The notes: generated by a model from the letters alone, not told the origin. Numbered from the stretch's first letter, positions 7,764 to 18,485 are shown. The stretch: DNA of 64,000 bases from an uncultured Chitinophaga sp. (GCF_937898475.1 NZ_CALEJS010000032.1:115841-179840); one strand, 5' to 3'. Numbers and translations are program-made.

Positions 7764-8647
7764 ATTTCCTTTCCTGCAAAGCGCATAAAGAGCAGGGCCA
7801 GCTTATCCTGCTGCCCCTGCAGGTGGGTGAACTGAAACTTACGCACCAGCTTGAAGTTCTTTACGGGCAATATCTTAAATTCACCGGCCTCCAGCTCGCG
7901 GTTCACCGCCTGTAAAGAGAGGAAGGCGGCGCTGGGGGCATAATGCAGGTAAGACTTCATACTTTCCGTGCTGCTCATATACATGGCGATATTCAGATCC
8001 GTCAGTTTCAGCTTCAAACGTTTCAGCTCTTCTATGATCACTTCCAGCGTGCCGGATCCATGTTCCCGCACCAGCAGCGGTATAGTGGCCAGCTCCTGTG
8101 CGCTGAGCGTTTCGTTCTTACCGTATTCGTATTGTACATTTCCTATCAGCGCTATCTCATCTTTTGCAAACTCCGTGTATTTCAGTTGCGGGTTCCTGGA
8201 GCTGCCTTCAATAATGCCAAGCTGGATACTTTTTTCCAGCAGTGCCTGTTCTATCTGTTCGGTATTGCCGCTGATAAGGGACGTTTTTACATCAGGATAC
8301 CGCTGGTTAAAACGGGCCAGCAGCGGTGGAATAAAGTACTGGGCAATGGTAGTGCTGGCGCCTATCTGCAGCCTGCCGCCCCTTTCATGCTTCAGCTGGT
8401 TGATCTCGTATTCCAGGCTGCGGTAACTGCTGAAAATATCTTCTGCATGCCGCATGACTATTTTACCTGCCGGGGTAACGGTGATCTTGTTGCCGATGCG
8501 TTCAAACAGCGCAATGCCCAGTTGCTGCTCCAGCTCATGGATATGTTTGGTAACCGCCGGCTGTGAAATAAACAGCTCTTCTGCAGCTTTGGTAAAGCTC
8601 AGCCTTTTGGCGACGGTGTAAAATACTTTTAACCTGAAATCAAGCAT
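7748..8647 (-). CDS. LysR-family transcriptional regulator
   Basis: The N-terminal wHTH MLDFRLKVFYTVAKRLSFTKAAEELFISQPAVTKHIHELEQQLGIALFER is followed by a substrate-binding domain of typical length (299 aa). Confidence 0.9.
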   Translation of the reverse strand: MLDFRLKVFYTVAKRLSFTKAAEELFISQPAVTKHIHELEQQLGIALFERIGNKITVTPAGKIVMRHAEDIFSSYRSLEYEINQLKHERGGRLQIGASTTIAQYFIPPLLARFNQRYPDVKTSLISGNTEQIEQALLEKSIQLGIIEGSSRNPQLKYTEFAKDEIALIGNVQYEYGKNETLSAQELATIPLLVREHGSGTLEVIIEELKRLKLKLTDLNIAMYMSSTESMKSYLHYAPSAAFLSLQAVNRELEAGEFKILPVKNFKLVRKFQFTHLQGQQDKLALLFMRFAGKEIKNER

Positions 8648-8669
8648 GGGATGAAATTACTAAATTAGG

Positions 8670-8697
8670 CTGAACGCAAAACGCTGAACGCGAAACG
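8670..8697. repeat. Tandem 14-nt direct repeat in the LysR upstream region
   Basis: ctgaacgcaaaacg is followed immediately by ctgaacgcgaaacg (13/14 identical), 23 nt upstream of the LysR start codon. Partially complementary gttctgcgtttcgc lies about 50 nt further upstream of the LysR start, at 8739-8752. Confidence 0.6.
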
Positions 8698-8760
8698 TTT
8701 AATGCAGAACATATTCAGCCCCGTATCCATCATTATGCGTTCTGCGTTTCGCATGCAGCA

Positions 8761-8785
8761 CAAAAAAGGGCTTCCGCAGAAGCCC
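8761..8785 (-). terminator. Intrinsic terminator of the small basic protein gene
   Basis: The stem gggcttc / gaagccc has loop cgca. The A6 run on the + strand gives a T-run after the hairpin on the - strand. Confidence 0.6.
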
Positions 8786-8821
8786 CTCTTTACTTATAAC
8801 AGTTTTAAACCTTACTTATTT

Positions 8822-9082
8822 TCAGCTTTTCTTAGCGGCGTCTTTATTAGACTTATAACGCATATCCGGCGTGCCGTCTTTTTTTACCGGGCCTTTGATG
8901 GTTGTTTTGTTCACCTTATACCTTTTATCCGGTGTACCATCTTTCTTCAGCGGTTTATTGGCCGCCGTTGTTTGCTCGGTTCTGTTCTTTTTACCGGCAG
9001 ATCTCTTTTTCTCCTGCGCCTGTACCATTGATATGGAGGCACTTATAAGCAAGATCAGGATACCGGTGAGCAATCTTTTCAT
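8822..9082 (-). CDS. Small secreted lysine-rich protein with two KKDGTPDxRYK repeats
   Basis: The track ORF is 8822..9115, and I prefer the ATG at 9082 (MKRLLTGILILLISASISMVQAQ signal peptide). The mature part is highly basic, with the duplicated motifs KKDGTPDKRYK and KKDGTPDMRYK, reminiscent of 'PBCV-specific basic adaptor'-type repeats (from memory). Confidence 0.55.
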   Translation of the reverse strand: MKRLLTGILILLISASISMVQAQEKKRSAGKKNRTEQTTAANKPLKKDGTPDKRYKVNKTTIKGPVKKDGTPDMRYKSNKDAAKKS

Positions 9083-9156
9083 CAGAACATGATATTTTAG
9101 AAAAGTAAGATACATAATAAAAAGTATTTTCCACGCAAAAACACGTAGAAATACGC

Positions 9157-9188
9157 TTGTAAGGCAGGTCGCTGAGCATGTACCTTTG
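9157..9188 (+). promoter_or_regulatory. Candidate Bacteroidota-type promoter (TTG-N21-TAnnTTTG)
   Basis: ttg at 9157-9159 and tacctttg at 9181-9188 match the Bacteroides-type -33/-7 consensus. They point into an intergenic region with no + strand gene. Confidence 0.3.
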
Positions 9189-9194
9189 TATTGT

Positions 9195-9335
9195 CCAATA
9201 AATGAGTTAGCCCCGGTATTTCACCACCACTATTGATGCAGTGTAGTGAAAGCATTTCTCAAACATCCTGTTAACCTCAAAAAATACCTATTGTTGCTAA
9301 CGTGTCCGTCCCACCCCAGACGGACACTTTCTTTT
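9195..9335 (+). ncRNA. Candidate small RNA bounded by an orphan promoter and terminator
   Basis: It lies between the candidate promoter (9157-9188) and a + oriented terminator (9302-9335). The only ATG-initiated ORFs I spotted by eye (atgagttag, atgcagtgtagtga) run only a few codons. I do not recognise the RNA family. Confidence 0.25.
9302..9335 (+). terminator. Intrinsic terminator oriented on the + strand
   Basis: A perfect 9-bp stem, gtgtccgtc / gacggacac, has loop ccacccca and is followed by tttctttttt on the + strand only. Confidence 0.55.
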
Positions 9336-9338
9336 TTA

Positions 9339-11294
9339 TCAGTTACTGGTCTCTACCCACATCCCGTTATCCTTGATCAGGTTAATGAGTTCTGTAACGG
9401 CTACATCGCTGTTAAGGCCGCGTTTTACCACTTCTTTGCCTTTGTACAGGGTGATCTTGCCTACGCCGCTGCCAACATAGCCAAAGTCTGCGTCTGCCAT
9501 TTCTCCCGGACCGTTAACGATACAGCCCATGATAGCGATCTTCACACCTTTAAGGTGGTTGGTAACGGCCCTGATCCGGGCGGTGGTTTCCTGCAGGTCA
9601 AACAGGGTACGGCCGCAGGAAGGGCAGGAGATATATTCTGTTTTGGAAATACGGGTACGGGTAGCCTGCAAAAGGCCGAAGGCGATGGTATTGATACGGG
9701 CCATCCTTTCTGCCGTGTAAGGCTGTTCAGCGCCGGGGCTGAGGCAGATGCCATCACCCATTCCATCCAGCAGCAGGGCGCCGGTCTCTATGGCATAATG
9801 CAGCAGTGCTTCATCCATATTGGTTGTTTTGCTGCTGCACAGCAGGATAACGGGGGTGCTGATACGCTGCTCCATCAGTGCCATAATAAAGCGGCGTACC
9901 TCGGGCATGGCGTGCTGGTTATGCGGCGCCGATATGCAGAGCACCGCGGTAGGATCGTTCTGCAGCTTTTGCAGCAACGCATCTGAGGGCAGCTCCTGGC
10001 TGTGCACTTCCACCAGGTTCAGTACGGCAGACCGTTCTCCTTCCTGCAGGTATGCTGTCACCGGCATACTGGGGAAGTATTTGCTTTTATCACCAGCCTG
10101 TTGCCAGGTAGTATAAGGAATGATCACCTTCAGTGTACCGGGTAATGCAAAGGGCAGGATGGTGTCGGAAAAGATATAATCCGCTGCCTGGTCGGCAATA
10201 TTCCATTTGTCAGAAGCCTCGTCATATTGATAACCGATCGCCTCCAGGTGTTCGGGTTTAAGCCCCGGTGCGGATGCTTCCCGGAAATCGGCCGCTACTA
10301 CGGGCACCTGTTTGGCGCCGATGTTGTCTACTGCGATAGTTTCCCGGCGCTTGTAATCAAAGGGAGAATATGGCAGCTGGCTGATGGGAGCGATGGGGGC
10401 ATGGCCTTCGCGGTTGTTATAACGCTTTACCAGGTCGCGGCATACGGGCAACTCAAATTCCGGGTCTTCCGTAAGGGACACACGAATGGTATCGCCCACG
10501 CCGTCTTCCAGGAGGGTGCCAATGCCTACGGCAGATTTAATACGGCCGTCTTCTCCATCGCCGGCTTCTGTTACGCCCAGGTGCAGGGGGTAGCAGTGTC
10601 CCAGTTCCTGCTGCATGGTTTGCACCAGCAGGCGGTAAGCCTGCACCATTACCTGCGGGTTGCTGGATTTCATGCTCAGCACAATGTTGCGGTAATTGAG
10701 GTCTTCCGCAATGCGGAGAAACTCCATGGCGCTTTCTACCATCCCCATAGGGGTGTCCCCGTAGCGGCTCATGATACGGTCGCTCAGGGAGCCATGGTTG
10801 GTGCCGATGCGCATGGCGGTGCCGTATTCCTTACAGATGTTCACCAGGGGGGTGAAGCGTTCACGGATACGGTCTATTTCGGCCAGGTATTCGGCGTCGG
10901 TATAATTGATGGTCTCAAATTTCTTTTTATCCACATAGTTACCCGGGTTCACACGTACCTTTTCCACTATGCGGGCGGCAATTTCCGCCGCATTGGGCGT
11001 AAAGTGGATATCCGCCACCAGGGGGGTATGGTATCCTCTTTTACGCAGCTCATTTTTGATAGGGAGCAGGTTTTCCGCCTCGTTCCTGCTGGGTGCGGTG
11101 ATACGCACCAGCTCGGCGCCGGCTTCGATACAGCGGATGGCCTGGGCAACGGTGCCCGCGGTATCCATGGTATCGGTGGTGGTCATGGTCTGGATACGGA
11201 TAGGGTTGAAATTCCCGATGAGCAGGTCGCCCACTTTTACTTCCAGTGTGGCTAACCGCTTATAGGCTGTCAGTGAATGGCTGTATAGCTGCAT
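9339..11294 (-). CDS. ispG: 4-hydroxy-3-methylbut-2-en-1-yl diphosphate synthase, long (insert-containing) form
   Basis: 651 aa. The N-terminal TIM-barrel part (IGNFNPIRIQTMTTTDT, RITAPS) and the C-terminal 4Fe-4S part (CPSCGRT...GCIVNGPGE) are separated by a large insert, as in Bacteroidota, Chlamydia and plant GcpE. Confidence 0.92.
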   Translation of the reverse strand: MQLYSHSLTAYKRLATLEVKVGDLLIGNFNPIRIQTMTTTDTMDTAGTVAQAIRCIEAGAELVRITAPSRNEAENLLPIKNELRKRGYHTPLVADIHFTPNAAEIAARIVEKVRVNPGNYVDKKKFETINYTDAEYLAEIDRIRERFTPLVNICKEYGTAMRIGTNHGSLSDRIMSRYGDTPMGMVESAMEFLRIAEDLNYRNIVLSMKSSNPQVMVQAYRLLVQTMQQELGHCYPLHLGVTEAGDGEDGRIKSAVGIGTLLEDGVGDTIRVSLTEDPEFELPVCRDLVKRYNNREGHAPIAPISQLPYSPFDYKRRETIAVDNIGAKQVPVVAADFREASAPGLKPEHLEAIGYQYDEASDKWNIADQAADYIFSDTILPFALPGTLKVIIPYTTWQQAGDKSKYFPSMPVTAYLQEGERSAVLNLVEVHSQELPSDALLQKLQNDPTAVLCISAPHNQHAMPEVRRFIMALMEQRISTPVILLCSSKTTNMDEALLHYAIETGALLLDGMGDGICLSPGAEQPYTAERMARINTIAFGLLQATRTRISKTEYISCPSCGRTLFDLQETTARIRAVTNHLKGVKIAIMGCIVNGPGEMADADFGYVGSGVGKITLYKGKEVVKRGLNSDVAVTELINLIKDNGMWVETSN

Positions 11295-11453
11295 AGTGCT
11301 GCAAAGGTAAATAAAAGAGTTGTCAGTGGTGAGTGATGGGTTGCCAGTGTCAGGACCCCTTATTTGTGTTAAATATTGTTAACCGGCCGCCGTTAACTGT
11401 CAACTTTGTATGAACGGTAATCAGCCTGGGTCTTATTGGCGTAAATTAGAAGC

Positions 11454-12314
11454 ATGTTACACAAAGGTATTGACATACCCTATCAGCACCTGCCTTTTAC
11501 GGGGCAGTTCAATATCTTTCAGCTGGATACCTTCAAAAATGAGTTGGCCCGACTCCCTCACCGCCACGACCATTTCCAGGTGATCTGGTTTACCCGCGCC
11601 CGTGGGCAGCATATCGTTGATTTTGTGTCTTATGAACTGCAGGACAATATGCTTTTCCTGCTGCAGCCAGGCCAGGTGCATCAGTTGCTGGACTGCGGCA
11701 AAGCGGGCCATGCCATCACCTTTACTGAACAGTTCTATTTCAGCAACCGCCGCGAGCGGGAAACGATATACGACTTTACCAATCTCTTTGAATGTTACGA
11801 TGGCTATGCTCCCATCCGTATCAGCCAGCGCACCGCCGCCTCCCTGCAGCTGTTGGCAGAGCTGATGTACCGGGAAAAAAGCGGTTCCGGCAGCCGGAGC
11901 ATCATCAAACATTACCTCAGCGCCTTCTTACTGCAGGCTGAAAGGGAGAAGAAGCGGAATGCCGCCCAGGCCATTGCTCCCCTGCAGGGAGACGCCCGTA
12001 TTGTACACCTGCGCCAGCTGCTGGAAAAGAATTTCCGTGCGCAGCACCAGGTTGGTTTCTATGCCAATGCCTTTGCCCTCACCCCCAAGCGCCTGAACGA
12101 GATCACCCGCGAGAAAACCGGTAAAACCGTAACCGACCTGCTGCATGACCGCCTGGTGCTGGAAGCGAAACGGAACCTCTCCTTCAGCAAAAAAAGCATT
12201 AAAGAGATCAGCTACGAGCTGGGGTTTGAAGATCCCGCCTATTTCAGCCGCTTTTTCAAAAACCACACAGGGCTGGGCCCCCAGGAATTTCGTGGCGCGG
12301 CAATCAGCAGGTGA
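11454..12314 (+). CDS. AraC-family transcriptional regulator
   Basis: The C-terminal double HTH (FYANAFALTPKRLNEITREKTGKTVTDLLHDRLVLEAKRNL...ISYELGFEDPAYFSRFFK) follows an N-terminal cupin-like domain. Confidence 0.9.
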   Translation: MLHKGIDIPYQHLPFTGQFNIFQLDTFKNELARLPHRHDHFQVIWFTRARGQHIVDFVSYELQDNMLFLLQPGQVHQLLDCGKAGHAITFTEQFYFSNRRERETIYDFTNLFECYDGYAPIRISQRTAASLQLLAELMYREKSGSGSRSIIKHYLSAFLLQAEREKKRNAAQAIAPLQGDARIVHLRQLLEKNFRAQHQVGFYANAFALTPKRLNEITREKTGKTVTDLLHDRLVLEAKRNLSFSKKSIKEISYELGFEDPAYFSRFFKNHTGLGPQEFRGAAISR

Positions 12315-12565
12315 TTGAACCAGCTGCCGGCGGTTGGCTGTTAGCTGTTACGGCTGATTTTTTTCTATGTTCAAATAGTACAAGTATATAGGTGTTTTGT
12401 CCAACCTAGGGTGATGGGCCGCGGCTAACTTTGCGACAGTTAAAAGAAGTGAAGTGGCTGGTGATTAACCCGGGTCTTCAGCATAACGTCATTGCGAGGA
12501 GCTATAGGGAAAAAGTGAAGAGCGCGACGAAGCAATCTTTTAACAAATAACTGCTATATCACTGC

Positions 12566-13981
12566 ATGAATACCGCCAAACATCTTTGCCTGATACTCAT
12601 CGCCGCCGGAGGCTTAATCCCCCCGGCGCGGGGGCAAACTGCGGTATTAACCCTGCAGGAGGCCTTGCAAACGGGTCTGCAGCGCTATCAGTCTATCCAG
12701 GCCAAAGAAAGCTACGTGCGTGCAGCAGCAGAAAATATCAGCGCCGTTAAACGGGAATACCTGCCAGACCTTAACCTGAACGCCCAGAACAGTTATGGTA
12801 CCATCAACGGGCAAAACGGTCCGTTCTGGGGTTATAAAGGCTGGACCACCGGCGCATCTGGTCAGCCGCTACCCACACAGAACTGGAACGCCGCCTTCGG
12901 CGGACTATACCTGGCCAACATCTCCTGGGACCTCGTCACCTTTGGCCGCCAGCAGGCTAAAGTGGCGCTGGCGAAAGAGCAGCATGCCGCCAACACTGCC
13001 GACCTGGAGCAGGAACGCTTTGAACACCAGACCCGCATTGCGGGCGCTTATCTTAACCTGCTGGCGGCACAACGCCTGCGCGCCTCCATGGAAGCTAACC
13101 TTCGCCGTACGGAAGCGCTGCAGCGTATGATCGTGACCCGGGCGCTCAACGGGCTGAACGCCGGGGTAGACAGCAGCATTGCCAACGCAGAAGTATCCAG
13201 GGCGAGGCTTTCGCTGATAGACGCACAGAACTACGAAGCCGCCCAAAGCAACAAACTGGCGGAAATGATGGACGTACCGCCGCAGTCTTTTACGCTGGAC
13301 ACCTTTTTTGTGGCCCGCATCCCGCCAGAGATGATGCAGCCCGCCGCCACAGATTCCGTACTCAAAGAACAGCCCTTACTGCGTTTATACCAGCATCGCA
13401 TCCTGCTCACAGAAAGCAACCGCCGCCTCATCAGCAGGAATGTAATGCCCCGGCTCAGCCTTATGGGCGTATTACAAACCAGGGGCTCCGGTTTTGCAGC
13501 CGATTACGGCGCCGCTACTGCCGATAAGGATCATTTCAGCCAGGCCTGGTGGGACGGTGTGCATCCTACCCGTACCAACTACCTGCTGGGCCTTAACCTT
13601 TCCTGGACGGTTACCGACCTGCTGCGCACACATGCGCAGGTGGCCAGGGAAACCCATCATGCTGCAGGCTTGAAACATGAATACAGCCAGGTATACAGCC
13701 GGCTGCAGCATCAGCTGCAACTGGCAAATGAACAGCTGCACAATGCAGTGCGCAAATACGCGGAAGCACCGCTGGGCGTAAAAGCCGCCGCAGACGCTTT
13801 TCTGCAGAAAAGCACCCTGTATGAGAACGGCCTTTCCAATATTGCAGACCTGGCGCAGGCGCTATACAATATCAATCGTGCAGAAACGGACCGAGACCTG
13901 GCATACAACGGTGTATGGCAGGCGCTTTTATATAAGGCAGCGGTAACCGGAGATCTGAACATTTTCTTGAACCAGCTATGA
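12566..13981 (+). CDS. TolC-family outer membrane efflux protein
   Basis: 471 aa with a signal peptide and the two-repeat OEP architecture (LTLQEALQTGLQRYQSIQ...). Its stop overlaps the RND start (ATGA). Confidence 0.88.
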   Translation: MNTAKHLCLILIAAGGLIPPARGQTAVLTLQEALQTGLQRYQSIQAKESYVRAAAENISAVKREYLPDLNLNAQNSYGTINGQNGPFWGYKGWTTGASGQPLPTQNWNAAFGGLYLANISWDLVTFGRQQAKVALAKEQHAANTADLEQERFEHQTRIAGAYLNLLAAQRLRASMEANLRRTEALQRMIVTRALNGLNAGVDSSIANAEVSRARLSLIDAQNYEAAQSNKLAEMMDVPPQSFTLDTFFVARIPPEMMQPAATDSVLKEQPLLRLYQHRILLTESNRRLISRNVMPRLSLMGVLQTRGSGFAADYGAATADKDHFSQAWWDGVHPTRTNYLLGLNLSWTVTDLLRTHAQVARETHHAAGLKHEYSQVYSRLQHQLQLANEQLHNAVRKYAEAPLGVKAAADAFLQKSTLYENGLSNIADLAQALYNINRAETDRDLAYNGVWQALLYKAAVTGDLNIFLNQL

Positions 13982-16900
13982 ACTTGATCAGGATAGCCTT
14001 ACAGAAACCTATATCCGTTCTCGTGATTGTGATCGGCCTGCTTTTCTTTGGCATTAACTCCATGCGGGATATCAGGATCGACATCTTCCCCGATCTGAAC
14101 CTGCCTGCGATCTATGTATCGCAGCCCTACGGTGGAATGTCGCCACAGCAGATGGAAGGGTTTATCTCTACCAACTACCAGAACCTGTTCCTGTACGTAA
14201 CAGGTATCAAGGCTATTGAAACCAAGAATATTCAAGGGTTAACCATGCTTAAGCTCACCTTCTATGAAGGTACCAACATGGCCCAGGCAGCGGCAGAGGT
14301 AACGGCAATGGCTAATCGTGCATTTTCATCAATGCCGAGCGGTACTCAACCACCGTTCATTATCCGTTTCGATGCCTCTACGCTGCCTATCGGGCAGTTG
14401 GCGCTGAGCAGTCCAACCCGCAGCAATAATGAATTACAGGACCTGGCCATGACGGTAGTACGCCCTTCGTTCTCCCGTGTGGCGGGCCTTACCTCACCAG
14501 CCGCCTTTGGCGGTAACAACCGTACGGTGGTGATACGGGTAGACCCGGTACTGATGCGTAGCCACCACCTTACACCCGACCAGATCGTTGCAGCGGTAAA
14601 AGATAATAACCAGATCTCGCCTGCAGGCAATGTGCGCATTGGCGATGTCACCTACCTCACCCCCAGCAATACGGTGATCCGGCAGATCAAAGACTTTGAA
14701 AATATCCCGCTCCTGATGGGAAGCGGCCCTTCCGTATACCTGCGGGATGTTGCCCGCGTAGAAGACGGCGCAGACATCACCAGCAGCTACGCCGTGATCA
14801 ATGGCAAACGTTCTGTATACATGCCCGTGATCAAAACCGCCAACGCTTCTACCTGGTCTGTAGTAAAGAACCTCAAAGCGGCATTGCCCGATATCCAGCA
14901 GCTGCTCCCGGAAGATGTAAAAGTGATCTTCGAATTTGACCAGAGCAGGTACGTGGTAAATGCAGTGAAAAGCCTGATCAGCGAAGGGGTGATAGGCGCC
15001 GTATTAACAGGCCTTATGGTGCTGCTGTTCCTGGGCGACCGGCGCAGCGCGCTGATCGTGATCATTACCATACCCGTATCCATCATCATCGGGGTAATGG
15101 GACTAAGGCTTGCCGGGCAAACCATCAACATCATGACGCTCAGCGGCCTGGCCCTCGCCATCGGCATCCTGGTAGATGAATCTACCGTTACCATAGAGAA
15201 CATCCACCAGCACCTGGAAATGGGCAAACCCAAAGCAAAGGCCATCTGGGATGCCTGTAAGGAGATCGCTTTTCCCAAACTACTGATCCTCCTTTGCATA
15301 CTGGCTGTGTTTGCGCCTTCCTTTACCATGAAAGGCGTACCAAGATCCATGTTCCTGCCCCTGTCGCTGGCCATTGGCTTTTCCATGATCGCATCTTACC
15401 TGCTGTCGCAAACCCTGGTGCCTGTATTATCCAACTGGATACTGAAGCCGGAGAAATTCAGCAGGCATCATGTAAAGGCATCATCCGCCACCGGCAGTAA
15501 AACAGACGCGTACATTGAAAAAGAGTTGCATTATGAACAGGAACATGTGCAACAGATCTCCCGCTTTGAAAGGTTCAAACTCCGGTTTATGTCCCGCCTG
15601 GAAAAGCTGATGCTGCGGCGTAAACCTGTTACCATCATTTACCTTGCAGGGATAGTGGCCATCGTAGTGGTATGTTTCAGCGTCATCGGGCGAGACATCC
15701 TTCCCAAACTCAATAACGGGCAGTTCCAGCTGCGGCTCAAAGCCCGCGAAGGCACACGCCTGGAACGTTCAGAAACCATGCTGCTGGATGCGGTAGCAGT
15801 GCTGAAGGAAGTGGCGGGAGAAAAGAACATTGATATCACTTCTTCTTTCATTGGCACCCATCCTTCTTCCTATTCAACCAGTCCCATCTACCTTTTCATG
15901 GCAGGGCCTAATGAGGCGGTAATGCAGGTGAACCTGAAAGAAGATTACAAGGTAAATATGGACGACTTCAAGGAACGCCTGCGTAAACGTATCCACTATC
16001 GCATGCCGGATGTAAAGATGAGCTTTGAACCCATAGACCTTACCGATAAAGTAATGAGCCAGGGTGCAGCCACACCCATTGAGGTGGCCGTAATGGGCAA
16101 GAACCTGGAGCAGAGCAAACCCTTTGCGCAGAAGCTGCTGGCGGAAATGAAGAAGATCCCCTACCTGCGTGATGTACAGATTGTACAGCCGCTGAACTAC
16201 CCCGCCATCCGTATCAATATTGATCGCGAAAGGGCAGGGCAGCTGGGCGTGAGCATCACAGAGATCGCAAAGTCGCTGACCGCTGCTACCTCTTCCAGCC
16301 GCTTTACGGAAAAGAACAACTGGCTGGATGAAAAAAATGCTACCGCTTATTTTGTGCAGATCAGCATACCCGAAAATGAAATGAGCAGCATGAACGATAT
16401 GGCCGCTATTCCAATCTCGAAAGACAGAACGCGTCCGCTGCTGGGGGATGTAGCTACCCTGCAACCGGATACCGTTGCCGGAGAGTATGATCGCGTAGGG
16501 GCAGTACGCATCATCTCCATCGGCGCCAATGTGCACAAGCAGGACCTTGGACAGGCCAGCAATGATGTAGATGCCGCCATCCAGCGGGCAGGCGAGCCGC
16601 CCAGGGGCATCAAGGTGGAAAAGCGCGGCCTTACCCAGTTGCTGGATGAAACCCTGGGCAGCCTGCAATCAGGCCTGCTGGTAGCAGCTGTTGTGATACT
16701 GTTGTTACTGGCCGCCAACTTCCAGTCCTTTGGCGTGGCGCTGGTAGTAGTAAGCGCCATTCCCGCCGTACTGGCCGGATCGCTGATCATGCTGCTGTTA
16801 ACCGGTTCTACGCTCAACCTGCAATCGTATATGGGCATGATCATGTCTGTAGGCGTATCCGTAGCCAATGCCGTATTGCTGGTAACCAATGCAGAGAAGC

Positions 16901-17202
16901 TGCGGATGGAGAATGGCAACGCCCTGAGGTCGGCCATGGAAAGCGTATCCATCCGCCTGCGGCCTATCCTTATGACCACCATCGCGATGGTAGTGGGCAT
17001 GATACCCATGGCCAGCGGCCTGGGTGAAGCCGGTGATCAGACAGCGCCGCTGGGCCGCGCCGTAATTGGCGGCCTGATCGCTTCCACATTTGCCACCCTG
17101 CTCATATTACCGCTGATATTTGCCTGGGCGCGGGAGAAAGCGGGCACCCGGTCAGTTTCGCTGGACCCGGAAGATGTGAACAGTCAATACTATTATCAAT
17201 AA
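13978..17202 (+). CDS. RND-family efflux transporter permease (AcrB/HAE1-like)
   Basis: 1074 aa. The start [25 protein letters not shown], the 12-TM/2-loop architecture and [17 protein letters not shown] are typical of RND pumps. Confidence 0.93.
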   Translation: MNLIRIALQKPISVLVIVIGLLFFGINSMRDIRIDIFPDLNLPAIYVSQPYGGMSPQQMEGFISTNYQNLFLYVTGIKAIETKNIQGLTMLKLTFYEGTNMAQAAAEVTAMANRAFSSMPSGTQPPFIIRFDASTLPIGQLALSSPTRSNNELQDLAMTVVRPSFSRVAGLTSPAAFGGNNRTVVIRVDPVLMRSHHLTPDQIVAAVKDNNQISPAGNVRIGDVTYLTPSNTVIRQIKDFENIPLLMGSGPSVYLRDVARVEDGADITSSYAVINGKRSVYMPVIKTANASTWSVVKNLKAALPDIQQLLPEDVKVIFEFDQSRYVVNAVKSLISEGVIGAVLTGLMVLLFLGDRRSALIVIITIPVSIIIGVMGLRLAGQTINIMTLSGLALAIGILVDESTVTIENIHQHLEMGKPKAKAIWDACKEIAFPKLLILLCILAVFAPSFTMKGVPRSMFLPLSLAIGFSMIASYLLSQTLVPVLSNWILKPEKFSRHHVKASSATGSKTDAYIEKELHYEQEHVQQISRFERFKLRFMSRLEKLMLRRKPVTIIYLAGIVAIVVVCFSVIGRDILPKLNNGQFQLRLKAREGTRLERSETMLLDAVAVLKEVAGEKNIDITSSFIGTHPSSYSTSPIYLFMAGPNEAVMQVNLKEDYKVNMDDFKERLRKRIHYRMPDVKMSFEPIDLTDKVMSQGAATPIEVAVMGKNLEQSKPFAQKLLAEMKKIPYLRDVQIVQPLNYPAIRINIDRERAGQLGVSITEIAKSLTAATSSSRFTEKNNWLDEKNATAYFVQISIPENEMSSMNDMAAIPISKDRTRPLLGDVATLQPDTVAGEYDRVGAVRIISIGANVHKQDLGQASNDVDAAIQRAGEPPRGIKVEKRGLTQLLDETLGSLQSGLLVAAVVILLLLAANFQSFGVALVVVSAIPAVLAGSLIMLLLTGSTLNLQSYMGMIMSVGVSVANAVLLVTNAEKLRMENGNALRSAMESVSIRLRPILMTTIAMVVGMIPMASGLGEAGDQTAPLGRAVIGGLIASTFATLLILPLIFAWAREKAGTRSVSLDPEDVNSQYYYQ

Positions 17203-17207
17203 CAACA

Positions 17208-18317
17208 ATGCAACAAACTACACATACATATCTGTGCCTGATCGGTGCGCCGCTGCTGATGATGATGGCGTCCTGCAACGGGTCTCACGCGGAAGAGGAA
17301 ACGAAGGAGGTGCAGACGGCTGTGCAGGTTAAAACGCTGGTACTGCAAAAGAGCCGGCTGGAAAATTCGCTGAAGCTGCCGGGAGAGATCAAGCCCTTCC
17401 AGTTTGCAGACCTCTACGCTAAAGTGAACAGCTATGTGAAAGAGGTGCAGGTAGACCTGGGCAGCCAGGTAAGCAAGGGACAAATACTGGCCACACTGGA
17501 AGCGCCTGAAATGAACAGCCAGCTGCTGGGCGCCCGGTCCCGTTTGCACACCCGCGAAGCCGTGTTCAGGGCCAGTAAGGCTAACTACGAAAGGCTGCTG
17601 CGTACCAGTAAAGTGCCCGGTACCATATCTCCCAACGACCTGGACCTGGCCCTTTCTAAAATGAGTGCAGACAGCGCAGAACTGCTGGCCGCCCGCTCTG
17701 CCTACCAGGAAGTGCAACGCATGCTGGACTACCTGGTGATACGCGCCCCCTTCAGTGGTGTGATCAGCCAGCGTAACGCGCATCCCGGTACGTATGTGGG
17801 CCCCGGAGCCAGGAGCGCAGAGCTGCCGATGTTCCGCCTGGAAGAGCAGTCTAAACTACGTTTGGCCGTAGCCGTACCCGAAGTATATACAGGCGGTCTG
17901 CAGCAGGCGGGAGAAGTGCGCTTTACCGTAAGATCACTCCCCGGCGATACCTTCAGGGCCCGTGTAGCACGTGTGGCCGGGAGCCTGGACACCAGACTGA
18001 GAACAGAAACGCTGGAAATGGACATCAGCAATAAGGATAAGCAACTGCTGCCCGGTATGTATGCAGAAGCGCTGCTGCCCCTGCCCGGGAAACAGGATGT
18101 ATATGTAGTGCCTAAAAGCGTGATCGTAAGCAATTCAGAAAAAGTCTTCGTGATCAGGATAGTTAACAATCAATCCAGGTGGGTGCCTGTAACGCGCGGC
18201 AATGAATACAACGGAATGGTAGAGATATTCGGTGGGCTCAATGACCAGGACGTACTGGTAAAAAACGCCAGCGACGAGATCAAGGAAGGCACCCCCTTAC
18301 AGGCAGTAAAAGAATAG
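17208..18317 (+). CDS. RND efflux periplasmic adaptor (membrane fusion protein), lipoprotein
   Basis: Lipobox MMMASC. Biotinyl-lipoyl-like and beta-barrel segments are present (VSKGQILATLEAPE..., IRAPFSGVISQRN). Confidence 0.9.
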   Translation: MQQTTHTYLCLIGAPLLMMMASCNGSHAEEETKEVQTAVQVKTLVLQKSRLENSLKLPGEIKPFQFADLYAKVNSYVKEVQVDLGSQVSKGQILATLEAPEMNSQLLGARSRLHTREAVFRASKANYERLLRTSKVPGTISPNDLDLALSKMSADSAELLAARSAYQEVQRMLDYLVIRAPFSGVISQRNAHPGTYVGPGARSAELPMFRLEEQSKLRLAVAVPEVYTGGLQQAGEVRFTVRSLPGDTFRARVARVAGSLDTRLRTETLEMDISNKDKQLLPGMYAEALLPLPGKQDVYVVPKSVIVSNSEKVFVIRIVNNQSRWVPVTRGNEYNGMVEIFGGLNDQDVLVKNASDEIKEGTPLQAVKE

Positions 18318-18485
18318 TTAAGCAGAAGAATTTAAGGATGGCAGCTTTACAAAAAAGGGAAGGCCCTGGCACAAGCCGGGGCTTTTTAATATTATTATTC
18401 GAGGTCAACTATATTAATTTCATCAGTGATGAGCATCTTCAGCGCTTGATGAATACTTGATTTTAGAAAGTCCCACATAACCCGG

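Noticed and set aside
10227-11255. 342-aa + strand ORF (plus 9246..9986 and others) overlapping ispG
   Set aside because: They are antisense to a full-length, motif-bearing ispG. Their composition (Gly/His/Val-rich) is typical of reverse-frame artefacts.
12488-12537. gtcattgcgaggagc ... gcgcgacgaagcaatc, reminiscent of a short intergenic word I associate with Bacteroidota genomes
   Set aside because: I recognise it only from memory. The window has a single interrupted copy, the two halves are not complementary, and I cannot attach a structure or function to it.
14787-17009. Several 200-260-aa - strand ORFs inside the RND pump gene, and 17196..17783 inside the adaptor gene
   Set aside because: They are antisense shadows of strongly supported efflux genes.
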